This document shows positions 1-12,213 of a stretch of 54,714 nucleotides of DNA, in pieces. Position 1 is the first letter of the stretch, and each line of letters opens with the position of its first letter. The notes beneath the pieces are model-generated. The model searched no databases. It was not told the DNA's origin and saw only the letters and a program-made list of their open reading frames with translations. This stretch comes from Ancylonema sp. (Eukaryota), in the NCBI GenBank assembly GCA_050230475.1, contig JBFLGF010000209.1:1-54714 (forward strand), written 5' to 3'. Position numbers and translations under genes: made by a program.

Positions 1-17
1 TATATATATAAACATGC

Positions 18-2812
18 CTCAGAAACAAGTCGGTTAAGTTCCGCCACTCCCCCGCCGCCATCCGTGGGGTCTGCCAACAAGCAACCCACGAACTTTCCAG
101 GAAATTTCCGGAGGACACTGCAAAACAACGAAAGTGAAACTCGCTCACTCAAGAATGGGATATTGGAGGGATTTTGATTTTTTGTTGTTCAATTTTATGT
201 TCAATGGTATGTCGTCTTATTGTGTTTTGTGCTCTTTCATCTTTGGTTTGATGTTTTATGTTGTTTGAAGTTGTATAATGTTCATGTTGTTTTGTGTACT
301 TAAATATTGTTCAATGTTTTATGTTGTTTACTCTTCATGTTGTATTATGGTGTACACCGTTGCTAAATGTTTGATGTTGGTCACATGTGGTTTAATGTTG
401 TTTCATGTTTTATGTTTGTTTGATGAGACCAAACTAACAGTGACAAAACCGTGGCCTTAGAAACCCAAGGAGTGGAAGGAGTGGAAGGAGTGGAACAAGT
501 TTGCAAACTCGGGAAAATAGAAGAGAGAAAAGAGAGAACCAAAAAAATCAAAAAACCAAAAAAAAAGTAAGAAAATGATTTTTTTTTATTATTAAAAAAA
601 AAAAAAAAGGTTGCCAAAATAATAGGGAAGCCAGGCAAAAAAAAAGATAGAAAAAAGAAAAATAAAAAACCTTGTATATCCACCACTCCCTTCTTTTCCA
701 CTTCATATCATTCCTTACACACTCTATACACACAAAACGAGTATTTCTAAGATTTGGATTCAAGGTCGTTCTGTCAAAATCGCCCCATTCGTCGAATGAA
801 AAAAAGACCCCAAAAAAAAAAAAAAAACACTAAGGTTACCTCGCCACATATGAATGATCGAATTTGTGATTAATCGGTTGCACAATGAGAGCTCCATCCA
901 CATTCGCACCTCGCATTCGCTGCATTCCAAAATGAACTAAATTCCGATGCATCCTATTTGTGCCTAGAGGTTATGGTGTTACCAAAGAAAAGGTTATGGT
1001 GTTACCAAAGAAAAGGTTATGGTGTTACCAAAGAAGAGGTTATGTTGTTACCAAAGAAGAGGTTATGTTGTTACCAAAGAAGAGAAAATTACGAAGAGAA
1101 AATTTCTTTATAAATATAAAGAAATTTTGCAGGGTGACATTCACATATATGAGTGGACAAGTTTTTATGCACAAGTTACATTCATGCCAATCAACCCCAA
1201 CTTCTCAAACCAAACATAATATTATGTTTAACACGGACCAGTGGACATATTCGACTTGTTGGTCCTTCATATCCATGAATATATGAGAATCTACAACCAG
1301 CATACCCACTAAAGATGATTAAACTGCACTGAATATGATTAAAGAGCACTCAATATGACAAACTAGCACCGAATGAGACTCAATACTAAATATTGATCTC
1401 AAGTTCTGCAACCGCTTCACTCACTCCTTGTTGCATTCAAAATAAGAAATGGTCGCAAACTTACTTATGTGGTCTTGATAGTGTCTCACCTTATTTGTCT
1501 CACCTTATTTGTCAATTTTGAATGAAATCTTGTTGAGGTGTTTCCAAGAATGATTTATTTACGGATATAATGATTTACTTACCTATTAATTTATTGATTT
1601 ATTGTATTATTGATACATGAGATTCACTCAACCTCTCTACTCTTAACTGTATACAATTTATTATGGTTTTCAGTCGTGAATGTACTCATGTTGCATGTAT
1701 TATGGTTTCCATTGACATGTGATACATGTGCCTCTTCTTCCAGTACCTCTTAAATGTTTTCCTTTTTTCTCTCGTTTTTACCTCTAGGAGGAAAGACGCG
1801 CTTCCAAGAATGGCAGGCTATTGGGCGGGAAAATAGGGAAACTCTTCGACCTGCATTTCATAAAAGACATATGATGAGGATAGTTAGAGTTGAATTTGAC
1901 TTCTACATTGACTTTGACCATACTTCTCAACCCACTCAAACTTCTTTCGCAATAATGACGCTCTCTCAACCCTTGTTCTTTTTGTTTCTCTCTCATTTTT
2001 CTCGGATGTTTCTCGGATGTTTCCCCCATTGTTTATCCTCCTCGCCCCAACCTCCAACCCCCAACCTCTTCCGGCCCCGCCCACACGTGTAGATGCGAGT
2101 CGATTCGCACGGGGGGGGAGGTGTCCATCCGATCATCAATATCGAAACCAGATTGCGAATCCAGTCGGCCAAACCGCTTTCTGCAAACAAACCCGGGCGG
2201 GGGTCGGGGGGTCGGGGGTCGGGGGGAAGGGTGGTAGGGGAGGTGAGGAGTCCGTACTAATTCAAACTTCCTCTAGGTAGGAGGTAATGATTGTGGTTGT
2301 AGGTTCCACCAACCTAGCAACGTATATAACGAACATTTGGTGTCTTTGTGATTTGAGGTGGACGTGCATAACGACCTTCGGAAGAAGGCTGCGGTGGTGA
2401 CAGCTGTCAGGATAAAGAAGGGGCCGAAGGAGAGGACACGTCGACGTGGCGGCACCACGGCGCGAGCCTTGCCACGTGCGGAATAGGGAAGGGTGGGGGA
2501 AGTTTCGGGGGTATCGCCGACGGCTCTGATCACGAATGTCGAGTTGATTGACGGCTGGATAGGGCAGGGGGTGCGTAAGTGTACGGAATGATGATGGTGT
2601 GTACGGAACAATTGGGTGGAGCGAAGCGTTGAGTGGAATCTGACTTCCGTATCTGGCTTCCTAATTCCTGTTTCGTAATTGGAGGATTTCAAAATCAGTT
2701 GAGAAGAACCGGCATTCCGTACATGGATGTACGGATTGGGGGCATGTGTGAGGCCAGCTGTCCAGCCCAGTTGTGCGAAAGAAAGATTCTGCGGCGGGAC
2801 AGCCACGTGCAT
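18..2812 (-). CDS. Amidohydrolase_2-family (TIM-barrel metallo-dependent hydrolase) protein with a long N-terminal transit-peptide-like extension; 3'-partial; one in-frame TAG
   Basis: Exons (-): 2812-2376, 2180-2066, 1850-1782, 919-840, 117-18, all phases consistent. Translation ...RIDSHLHVWAGPEE|VEEFPYFPAQ*PAILGSASFLLE|RMRGANVDGALIVQPINHKFDHSYVAS|VLRKFPGKFVGCLLADPTDGGGGVAELNRLVSE carries the IDSHLHVW metal-binding HxH motif and the VDGALIVQPINHKFDHS motif of plant amidohydrolase_2 proteins. TAG at 1820-1818. Last donor is GC (17-16). The start and exon 1 are less certain than exons 2-5. Confidence 0.9.
968..1083. repeat. 23-bp minisatellite, about 5 copies (intronic)
   Basis: Unit AGGTTATG(G/T)TGTTACCAAAGAA(A/G). 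Confidence 0.9.
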
Positions 2813-3256
2813 CTCAGCTGGCGCTTACTCGTCCATACAATCGCGATTTGTTTCTCAATTGTGCGGTGCTTACTGCCGCGCCCTGTAGCCGCGGGCTGCT
2901 GAGCTGGCAGGAGGTGTCCGTACGCTTCTAGCTGCCCGCTGCGCACGCCGTGTTGAACGCTAGGGAGTACCGTAGGAGGGAAATTACAGACACGGCAAAA
3001 GTACCGGCCTGGCCAGGCGAAACCCGGCCGGCCGGCCGACGGGCCGGTAATCCGTTCGGCAAAAACCAGTTTCATTATTGCCGATCTGCATCATGCCCCA
3101 TATGGCAAAATAAGGAGAGGCGCAGTTGTATTCGTTTTCCCGCCCCCACAAACCGCTGATCGTTCCCGTGGGAGGAAACGCTAGCGCTGCCTGCCAGCTG
3201 GCGACTGCTTGCCGCGACCCGCTCCTGCATGAAATAGAACGCTCCGAATTTTAGCC
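2813..3256. promoter_or_regulatory. Short GC-rich divergent (bidirectional) promoter region between the amidohydrolase and BET genes
   Basis: Two head-to-head start codons 444 bp apart; CpG-rich with CCGG/GGCC palindromic runs at about 3004-3048. Confidence 0.5.
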
Positions 3257-6200
3257 ATGAGAGGTAAGGGAGAATAGGGTTTCGACTAGATCGCGAGCGA
3301 CTGGTTTGGTGAACGAAATTCGAAGGTCGACGGACGCAATCTCCACTGGCAAAACGTATCAGGAGCGACGAGCAGCATCGATACATTTTCGACTCTAGGG
3401 CCAGGCTCCGTCGCAGAATCGCAGTATCAGCACGGGCTAGGGGGTAGCAGGATGAGGCTGTCGCACGCGCAAGCGTCGGTGGAGGAGCAGAAGGCGAAAA
3501 TGGATGAGGTATGAAGGGAAGAAGGTGCATACGAGAGACTCCGTGGGTGTATGTGTGTGGCGCAAAATGTATGAGGACCCTTACCCTGGAGGGGGTGGTG
3601 CCGTTGTATACTTACGGCACAACCTTCCATTAACAAATTCTGCCGAGGCATTCTCACCCTCCCTTCTTGCATGATTCCGAATTGCGGTCCGCACGTGCGA
3701 ACGCATCTTCCTGGTTCTTCTCAGGCAGTCATAAAACCCAAAATTTCTCCCCGCAAAACCACTGAGTTTATCCCATTTGCCACACAATTATTCCCCCAAT
3801 TCTCCCGCCCTCCCCCCGGCCCCCCCCCTGCTATTTGCCGCCCCGAAGATGGAACGCCAGATCGCAGAAGTGCTGCGCCTGCGCTCGCACGTGCGAAAAT
3901 CTAACACCGCCGCCGCCCGGGCCGCCCTCGAGCAGGGCCCCCCCAAAAAGGGCAAACCGCCCCCGCCCACCCCCTCCCCCACCGACCCCAGCCGCGTGAA
4001 AGCCGCACGAGAGAAGCGGATGGGGGACCTCCTCAGAATGTGCAACACCATACTGAGACAGGTCCGAATCCCAAAATGGAAGACGAAAAAAATGGTCCCC
4101 GCCTCGAAAATAAAAAAACAGAAAAAAAACAAAACACAAAAAAAAAAACTTTCCCCTCAAAAAAAAAGACCCATGAACTAAATAAAGGAATCTAGTTCTT
4201 TTTCTTTAATGTTTCCAATCTACTCAGAAATAATATTAGCGTTTTTAGATGGTAGGTACTCAAACGTGACTTCTTATCAAATCCTATAATTTTGTATCAA
4301 GTCTGAGAATCGCTCTATAAAACGTGTTTCTGGCTCTTTCAAAATTTCCATCAAATCATTGAGATATAAAAAGAGTAAGTTTTACTCCAATAGACACTAT
4401 TCCTCGCAGTCGTAACAGAACAGGTAGCAGATATAAACAGACACCCAAAAAAGGAAACCACAAACAGAAACCCCCAAAATCCAAAAACTTCCCCCGCCCA
4501 CCAACCACCCTGCGCAACGCCGCTGACGTCATCCGCTGACGTCATCTTCCCACTTGTCAGATGATGCAGCACAAGTGGAGCTGGCCGTTCCTTAAACCCG
4601 TCGACGCGGCCGCACTCAACCTTCTGGACTACCACACGGTAACAGAACCCTTCAACCGCAAAACCCCCAAACCCCGAAATTCCAAAACCCTTAAATTCGG
4701 AAACCCCTAAACCCCGAAATCTCAAAACCCTCAAACTCGAAAACCTCTACACAATGTATCTCTGAACCCCAGCCCCTGAGCACTAGAACTCAAGTTTCAA
4801 CCCCGAACTCAGAAGTCAAAACCCTTAGACCCTAAACGCCTAGCCTCGAAACATAACCCCCTTACCCTCTTACTTCCTCACTCGGATCCCCCCTTAGGAA
4901 ATCTTTGGATCTTTAATTCCGGACCATACGTACAGACCTCTGAACCTTGAACCCTGAACCCTAAAATCCCAACCTCGAAGGGGTTTCTTTTCCTGTATCC
5001 TCATTTCTTTTTTTTCCCTTCTCCCCTCCTTTTTCCAGATCATCAGTAAGCCCATGGACTTGGGCAGCATCAAAGAGAGGCTGGATGGGAAAGACCCAAC
5101 CTTCCAATACACACACCCCCAGCAGGTCAGGGTCATTCTGCCATTCTGCCATTCTGCCGTTCTGCCATTCTGCCATTCTGCCATTCTGTCATTCTGCCTC
5201 CTCCTCGTCCCTCCGTTTCTTTCTTCTATTTAATCCCTTTTTCCCCTTGCTTTCCTATTACACCTACTTTTCTGAATTCCGACCCTGTGTCCCTTTCTGC
5301 ACTATCTCCTTTCTGCCTCTTTGACCTTTTACCTTTCTGCCTTTCTGCCTCATTCTGCCTTTTTCCTCACTCTGCCTTTCCGCCTCATTCTGCCAGGTGT
5401 GCGACGACGTCCACCTCGTTTTCCGCAACGCCCTCGGATACAACCTCCCAGGAACCGACGTGTACGTCATGGCGGACACGCTAGCGCAGCGATGGGAGGA
5501 CAGGTGGCAGCAGCAAATAGTACAGAAAATGAAGGAGGAGGTGAGGGGGAGGGGAGGGGGGGGCAGGTTAGATGGGAGGAGTTTTTAGTATTTGGGGCTT
5601 TTGGGGGTGACGCAAATGGAGGAGGAGGTGAGGGGGAGAGGGTGGGGGCGGATTGGAGGGGGAGGAGATGGAAGGGGGGGAGGGGGGGGTTAGGGGCTGA
5701 GGGTGGGGTTGGGAGGAGAGGGGGGAAGGTCAGTTTCTTCGGTTTTGGGGGTTTGAGGTTGAGGGGTTTTGGAATGTTGGGGCTCTGAGTCTTTCATAGG
5801 TTGTAGGGTTTGGAGATTTTGGGTTCTGGAGGATCTTGGGGTTTTGAGGGTTTGAGATGTTGAGCTTTTTGGGGTACTCTAAGTCTGGAGTTTGGGGGTT
5901 TTAGGGTCTGAAGATTTTTGAACGTTTTGAAATATCAGGTCTGAAGGTTTTAAGAGTTTTGGGATATTGCCGTCTGGAGGTGTGTAGGGTTTTGGGATCT
6001 TGGGGTATTAAGGTTTTTATGGGTTTTTTTAATTGGGGTTCTAAAGGTTTTTCAAGTTTTGGTATTTTATTATTATCAGGAGAAGAAGCGTGCGTTGGAG
6101 GATGAGGAGGCGGGTGGTGGGGTTGGGGGGGGGGGGGTGGGGGAGGGTGGGGAGGGGGGGGAGGTTGGGGACGGGTTGGGAGCGGAGGAGGGGCAGGCAG

Positions 6201-7669
6201 AGGCACTTGCGCAGCAAATTACGTTGAAGGTGGGAATTGTTCCTCTATTTATTCTATTTTATTACAGGTTTTTTAGGGGTGATTTGGGTTTTTTTTTTCT
6301 TTTCCCGATGTGTTTTTAGGCACTCTGACTTTTTACATTGCTCTCTAGAGTAGAGAAGAAAGGGGCAGGGGTTGTTCAGGGGTGTTGTTGTTGGCCTTTT
6401 TTATTCCTTCTTTTTTTCTCTTGTTTGTATTTTTTCAACAATAGAAGAGGGGTAAAGTAACCTCACTACTTGAGTGTCCACTCATCCTGTCGTGAAAAAA
6501 AAAAAAAAAGCAGAAATGTATGCAAGATCATACATCCGAACTCTGGTGTTACCGTATTTGTGTACTCTTTCTAGGTAGGTACACCTGTGAATTGGTACAT
6601 CTGTAGTTAGGTTTATCTGTACATAGGTACATAGGTACATCTGTAAATAGGTACATCTGTAAATAGGTACATCTGTAAATATGTACATCTGTAAATAGGT
6701 ACATCTGTAAATAGGTACATCTGTAAATAGGTACATCTGTAAATAGGTACATCTGTAAATAGGTACATCTGTAACTAGGTACATCTGTAAATAGGCGGTG
6801 TTTGCTTCTAACACAGAGAGGTGACCGTGTGTGGGGGGTGGATGTGTGACAGCTGGCGGAAATGGATGTGGTTTTGGCGGATTTGAACCAAAAAATAGGT
6901 GCCAAATGCAGGTGGGGCATGACACCTGTCCCCTCCCTATAACGAGTTTGCGTTTTGTTTGGTGAATATGCAAGAGAGAGGTTTTATTTCTCCCTTTTTT
7001 TCCTTCTTTGTGTAATGGCTGGACTGCAGATGTGTAATGACAGAATAATGATGGAAGGGATTGTTCATTTTCTGGGTTCATTTTATGTGCAGGGAATATT
7101 ACTTATATGTATGATTTATTGGTCATCATATTGAGAGAAATCAAAAGAAAAAAAAACAGAATCAAAACCAGAAGAAAAATTGGATACAAAGGGTAAAAAA
7201 AAAAAAAAAAAAATACCAAAAAAAAAAAAAAAAAAAAAAAAAGTCGGTTCCCATATACGATGAATATAAAGGTCAAAGGTTTCAGGAAAAAACAAAACCT
7301 AACTCAGATTCTTAGTATTGCAAACCTAAGTTTTCGGCAGGCGTGCAAGCCATGTGCGCGTGTCGTACGGGAAGGGCACAACTAGGATCAGTTCGTAAAG
7401 AAAAAAAAAATGAACATAAAAAAGAAGAAAAATATGAAGATAAAACAGAAGGAAAATATGAAGATAAAAAAGAAGAAAAATATGAAGATAAAACAGAAGG
7501 AAAATATGAAGATAAAAAAGAAGAAAAATATGAAGATAAAAAAGAAGAAAAATATGAAGATAAAAAAGAAGAAAAATATGAAGATAAAAAAGTAGAAAAA
7601 TATGAAGATAAAAAAGAAGCTAGTGAACCAATTTCGACTTCATTTCAACTCCTTCACACGCCTGCAACC

Positions 7670-7702
<33 letters not shown>

Positions 7703-8901
7703 GTTTCTGTCTTTTCAATATTAATATCGTAACAACCTACTATTCCTGTCTTGACACTTCTATCAAGTGCTTGCAGGATTAGAATGGGGGGAGAAACAAA
7801 AATAAACAAAAAACAAAAAAAAACCCAAAAAAACGAAATCACGCAGTCTTATAAAAGTAAAATTTTGAATCCCGACCCCCACAATACTTATCTCCGAATG
7901 GATCCTGAAAGATCCTTCCGTCTGCCCCCCCCCTCCCCCTTATTTCAAATGCCTTCCCCGTCCGGTCCCACCCCCCCCCTTCAAATTCCACCCTGACCCC
8001 TTTTAAAATCCCCCCCCCCTCTTTCCTTTTTCAGACCCATGAGTGTTGAGGAGAAGAGGGAGCTGGGGGCTCATTTGGGGCTCCTTCCCGCCGAAAATCT
8101 TGGACAAGTGATTTCTATCATTCATGAGGGGGGGCAGCAAACTGTGAACAGAACCGCGACGGAAGTCGAAATCGATATCGATAGACAGGTGTGGCGGACG
8201 GGGGGAAGAGGGTTTTGTTTTGGTACTTTATTGGTTGGGGGGGGGTGGGGATTCTTCGTGATTCTCGGGTGACCCCCTATTTTCCTATTTGATTTTTACT
8301 TTCTTCTTCCTTTTTTTTTTTCTTTTTTTTTTCTTGGACATGGAAATGAAAAGAAAGAATCTCAAACCCAAAAATAAATACCAAAAAAAAATCTGAAATG
8401 TGAGGAAGGAATGGCTGCAAACAATAAAGCAACAAACCAAACAAAAGTAAGAAAAAAAAATGGATTGTTTCGAAATGTCAAGTTTATCTAGAAAGGGAGG
8501 AAACACAGAGGTCTGGGCACTGGCATTGGGAAATAATAACCTCTTAATTTAATATGTTCATGCTGGAGATGCAGACTGATCTGTCACTGGCTTGGTCTCT
8601 CAGAGCAACACCTGGCAGGTTGCTGACGAGGCAACTCTATGGTTGTGCCACCTGACACGGCACCGTTGACGTGGCATGACTGATTTCACATGTTTGTGTG
8701 TTTGCCACCTGTCAGGAGCCTGTGACACTGTGGAAACTGAGGCGGTACGTCTCCAGCATCATACTCCCGAAGAGGAAAGGGGCGGGCTCGGGGGCGGGGG
8801 GAGGTGGCGGGGCGGGGTTGAAGGGGGGTGGGAAACAGTCGCATAAGAGATTGAAAGGGGGGGAGGGCCTTCAAATTTCACCATTGATTCCGGTTCAGTA
8901 A
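3257..8901 (+). CDS. GTE1: BET/GTE-family bromodomain + extra-terminal (ET/NET) domain protein, GTE1/GTE6-like, about 395 aa
   Basis: Exons: 3257-3263, 3399-3508, 3849-4061, 4561-4638, 5039-5125, 5397-5540, 6080-6229, 6853-6911, 8035-8188, 8716-8901 (1188 nt, all GT-AG, phases consistent). Bromodomain QHKWSWPFLKPVD...DYHTIISKPMDLGSIKERL...DDVHLVFRNALGYN with the conserved Asn. ET domain PMSVEEKRELGAHLGLLPAENLGQVISII...EVEIDIDRQEPVTLWKLRRYV. The first two exons and the TAA stop are slightly less certain. Confidence 0.92.
5134..5197. repeat. (CCATTCTG)n 8-bp tandem repeat (intronic)
   Basis: About 8 copies, decaying into TTCTGCCT variants up to 5395. Confidence 0.85.
6576..6796. repeat. 16-bp minisatellite (ATAGGTACATCTGTAA)n (intronic)
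   Basis: About 10 near-perfect copies 6631-6796 plus degenerate upstream copies. Confidence 0.92.
7418..7619. repeat. 21-bp A-rich minisatellite (intronic)
   Basis: Unit AAAATATGAAGATAAAAAAGAAG-like, about 9 copies. Confidence 0.9.
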
Positions 8902-9983
8902 GGAAAGGGAATCGGTGGATGGAATATTGAGAGACGCCTTCGGGTGAAAATACAGATTAAGAACTCTCTTTTTTCCTCCTTCCTTTTCTGTTGAAAGAAG
9001 GCAGCGTGAACTGGGTGTCAGTGGGAGGTGGGAGGCTGTACATAAGTGGGTGTTTATCGAGAGTGGGGTAGGGTAGGAGGAGGAAGGGGGGGGTACGTGT
9101 GGCAGTATTATATATTTTAGGATTTTTAGGGCTGGGTGGCTGCAGTCTTCTGTGTCAGTGTGCTGCATGTTTTCTTGTTGACTATGATTGAATCTACTTG
9201 CACAAATGCCACCCGTATACATTCGGCCATCTACATCTTCTTTAATGGATCGCAATTGCAGTTGTGCATGCCGATGGATGTCGTGTACTGATGTTTTGTG
9301 TGTACACTTGGCGATGCAATTGAAGTATCTAGTAAGTAACAAATGCTGTTATGCTTTTTGCACTCATCAATGATACTAATTGCTGAAAAAAAATAACGGT
9401 GCTGAGACGTACTATAATCGGATATATCCATGATCAAAATTCCCCATAGAAGAGTGTTCGCTATTGTGTACTTAGGGGAGCATCTTTTTAAATCAGGACG
9501 GTCAATAGATTGAAGATGGACTCTGTACACCAAGATAATAAGTTTGTCTAACGCAACAAACTACAAAGAAATGGATGGGGGCATTTTGATCCGGTGCCAC
9601 ACACTCCGTCATGAACTAAACTCATGCATCTCAATAAAAATGATTGCAATTAATCATATACGAACACTCAATATAATGACTTCTCACAAACGAGGTCGAG
9701 GCAGAGATCTATCATCTCACGTAATACAGCACCTGTAACCTTCAAAGACGCTGGTTATTCATAATCTGGATCAAACTTCTGCAATTTCTTGAGAGGTATA
9801 TTAAGACTAAACTTTCAACAGAAAAAAAGAAAAAAGGACTTCCGAAACGAAATATCAAATCAGACCTCAAAGTATGTCATCATACAACATTCCCTTGCGC
9901 GAGGCGCCAGATTGGTCAACTCCTTCAATATTAAAAGGCATCGACACTAGCCACATGACACCACAATTGCAGCTTATATCCCA

Positions 9984-12213
9984 TCAATGTTTCGGTAGGG
10001 CGCCCCAGCTTGCATTCATGTTTTTGCCTGAAATTGCCCGGCTCGTCGGCGGAGGGCTCTTCTGAATCTTTGTCTTGGACTTCCATGGCCATAGAAGGCA
10101 GCAACTGGATGCATGATCTGGAAAGGTAGCCTCTGGAAATGAATCCTCTGGAAATGAAGCCTCTGGAAACGTAACCTTCCTAGTATCCGCATCGCTTTTG
10201 CTCATGAAAGGTACATTGTTGTTCACGGAGTGCTCCTTCTCCCTGGCAAGCTCCTTCTCCCTGTTCATCAGTATCTCAAACCTTTGGTTCAACTCAGCCT
10301 CTTGTTTACCCAAATCTGCCGCCTTCTTCTCCAAATCTGCCTCCTTCTTTGTCTGCGACACTTGCACGCTGCGATTGAAATCCCGAATCTTCAACTCGTT
10401 CTTCTCGACTGCCCACTCTCTCTCTTCCAAATCTTTCTCTTTATCATCCAGATCATGGTCCCTCATCTCAGCGTACTCTTCTTGCGACTTCAGTTTGTCT
10501 TCCCAGGATCGGAGCTTTGCCGCCACCGCCTCGAATTTGTCACCTGAGTTTTCTGGATGGCTACCTTCCAAACTTATGCTTTCCATTGCTGCCTCTTTGG
10601 ATTCGATATCTGAGTACCTCTTGTCCAGCTTACTGTTCTCAAACTCCATGTCTCGTGCAAAATTTTTCAGCTCTTCCTTTGTTTGTGTCAGAGATTCGTA
10701 TTCTTGGGCAAGCTCGTCTTGTGTTTCCTGAAGTGGAGAGCCAGGCATTTCGTTTCAGGTGTACGAAAGAGATATATGCAGCCACCTTCTACAAGTTGTA
10801 TGATACAGGAGGCACAATTTTTTCACATTCGGACTCACACTGCAAGCAAACATTCTCCATTATCATATGCAAGCTGCTTAATCACGGCACCCAAACAACT
10901 TTATTTCGAAAGGAACCTGGTTTCTCCTCGCTATATATATATCAATGTCATACTGACTCCAAGATTCATACATGAAAATTATTCCTAGCACCGATGAGCA
11001 TCAAACATATATTTTTGTTACCTCGAGTAAGAGGGCGTCTGCTGTGATCTGTCGTTCCCAACCCTGGAGCTTAGCTTCTCTGTGAGCCTGCGAGGTATGA
11101 GTAGTTGAAATATCGAAAAGATTAAGCACGGTGACATCGGAAGTCAAGGGGGCTGACTCCACTCGCTGACTTCACCATAAAAACTTAAGAAGACTCAATT
11201 CAGCCTCTCATCGAATTCCACCTCGAAATCTGGTCATAGTACACAACGTGGACACAATATTCCAGCCAGATGTCTTACATTGACTTCAGATTCGTTTTAG
11301 AAAACCATACGTACCAGTTCCGCCTCCTTTTTGTTCAATTTCTCCTCTCTTTCCAATTCCTCAATCCTGGACATCTGATTTTGATTGGAATAATTTGTCT
11401 CTTTCGACGAGGACACCGTTCGTACTTTCCTTGAGTTGTGGAAATTCGTCGACTCCACCAGAATCCCCTCATTCTGAATCCAAGTCAGCAAGCAAAACAT
11501 GAATGATCAATCTTGTCGCACAAAGATTCATAAGCCAGGCAGAGGAAAGTGAGAGTCAAACAAGACTTCCGATCATATTTTTTCATAAGCTTACAGTGAT
11601 ATCGACGTCATCGACAGAACACTAACGCTGTTGGAACTGCGAGCGGCTATATGTGTATTTGAAAAGTAGTAGGGCCCAGGAGTTCAAAGCAGGTTAACCT
11701 GTTTTGAATTCTTTTCCTTGAGAGCGATTTCAGAACGGTGCAGGGCAGACTTCAGGTTCTCGTTGTCCTTCGCAAGCTTCTTCGCACCCTCCTTCGTGGC
11801 GTGTAGCTGCATTGACAACGAGAGTATATTGTTAGATCCGAGGTGACTGCCAAACATCTCAGGTGAAAAATACCGTCACGGCGTTACAGGATTAAGAAGA
11901 CTGAAATTGTGGACTCAGAAAAATTGTAGTTTGGTGTGGCGCTTGATTGGAATAAAATTGAATCATACAATTGTGACACGTTTGCCCGCATTCTGTCAAC
12001 CAGCAGATTCTCTTCGTCAAAAACGAGTTACAAGAAAGCAAGAAAAATCAAACATCATCGGGAAATCGTCAGTCCAAGGCCAGAATTACGTACTTCCTTC
12101 TCCTTGCTTCTCACTGCTTCTGATATTGTGCGGTTTCTCTTCATTAAAAGTGTAACCGTTGGTTCCAGAACTACAGTGTCACCATACTCTGAGGCCACGC
12201 GCTGAGAAGCCAT
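9984..12213 (-). CDS. Uncharacterised coiled-coil protein, about 398 aa
   Basis: Exons (-): 12213-12094, 11806-11699, 11473-11315, 11087-11022, 10727-9984; all phase-0 GT-AG introns, open frame, TGA stop. E/K/L heptad-rich (LRSWEDKLKSQEE, EKDLEEREW, REKELAREKE). Confidence 0.75.

Noticed and set aside
1818..1820. UAG=Gln (ulvophyte-type code) or U-to-C editing to CAG
   Set aside because: Both well-supported TAGs align to Glu rather than Gln in recalled homologues, and U-to-C editing is organellar. Disfavoured rather than excluded.
8997..9130. Extra BET exon reading ESGVG*EEEGGG after a CA|GTAAGG donor
   Set aside because: No homology support and several alternative acceptors; a simple TAA stop is more parsimonious.
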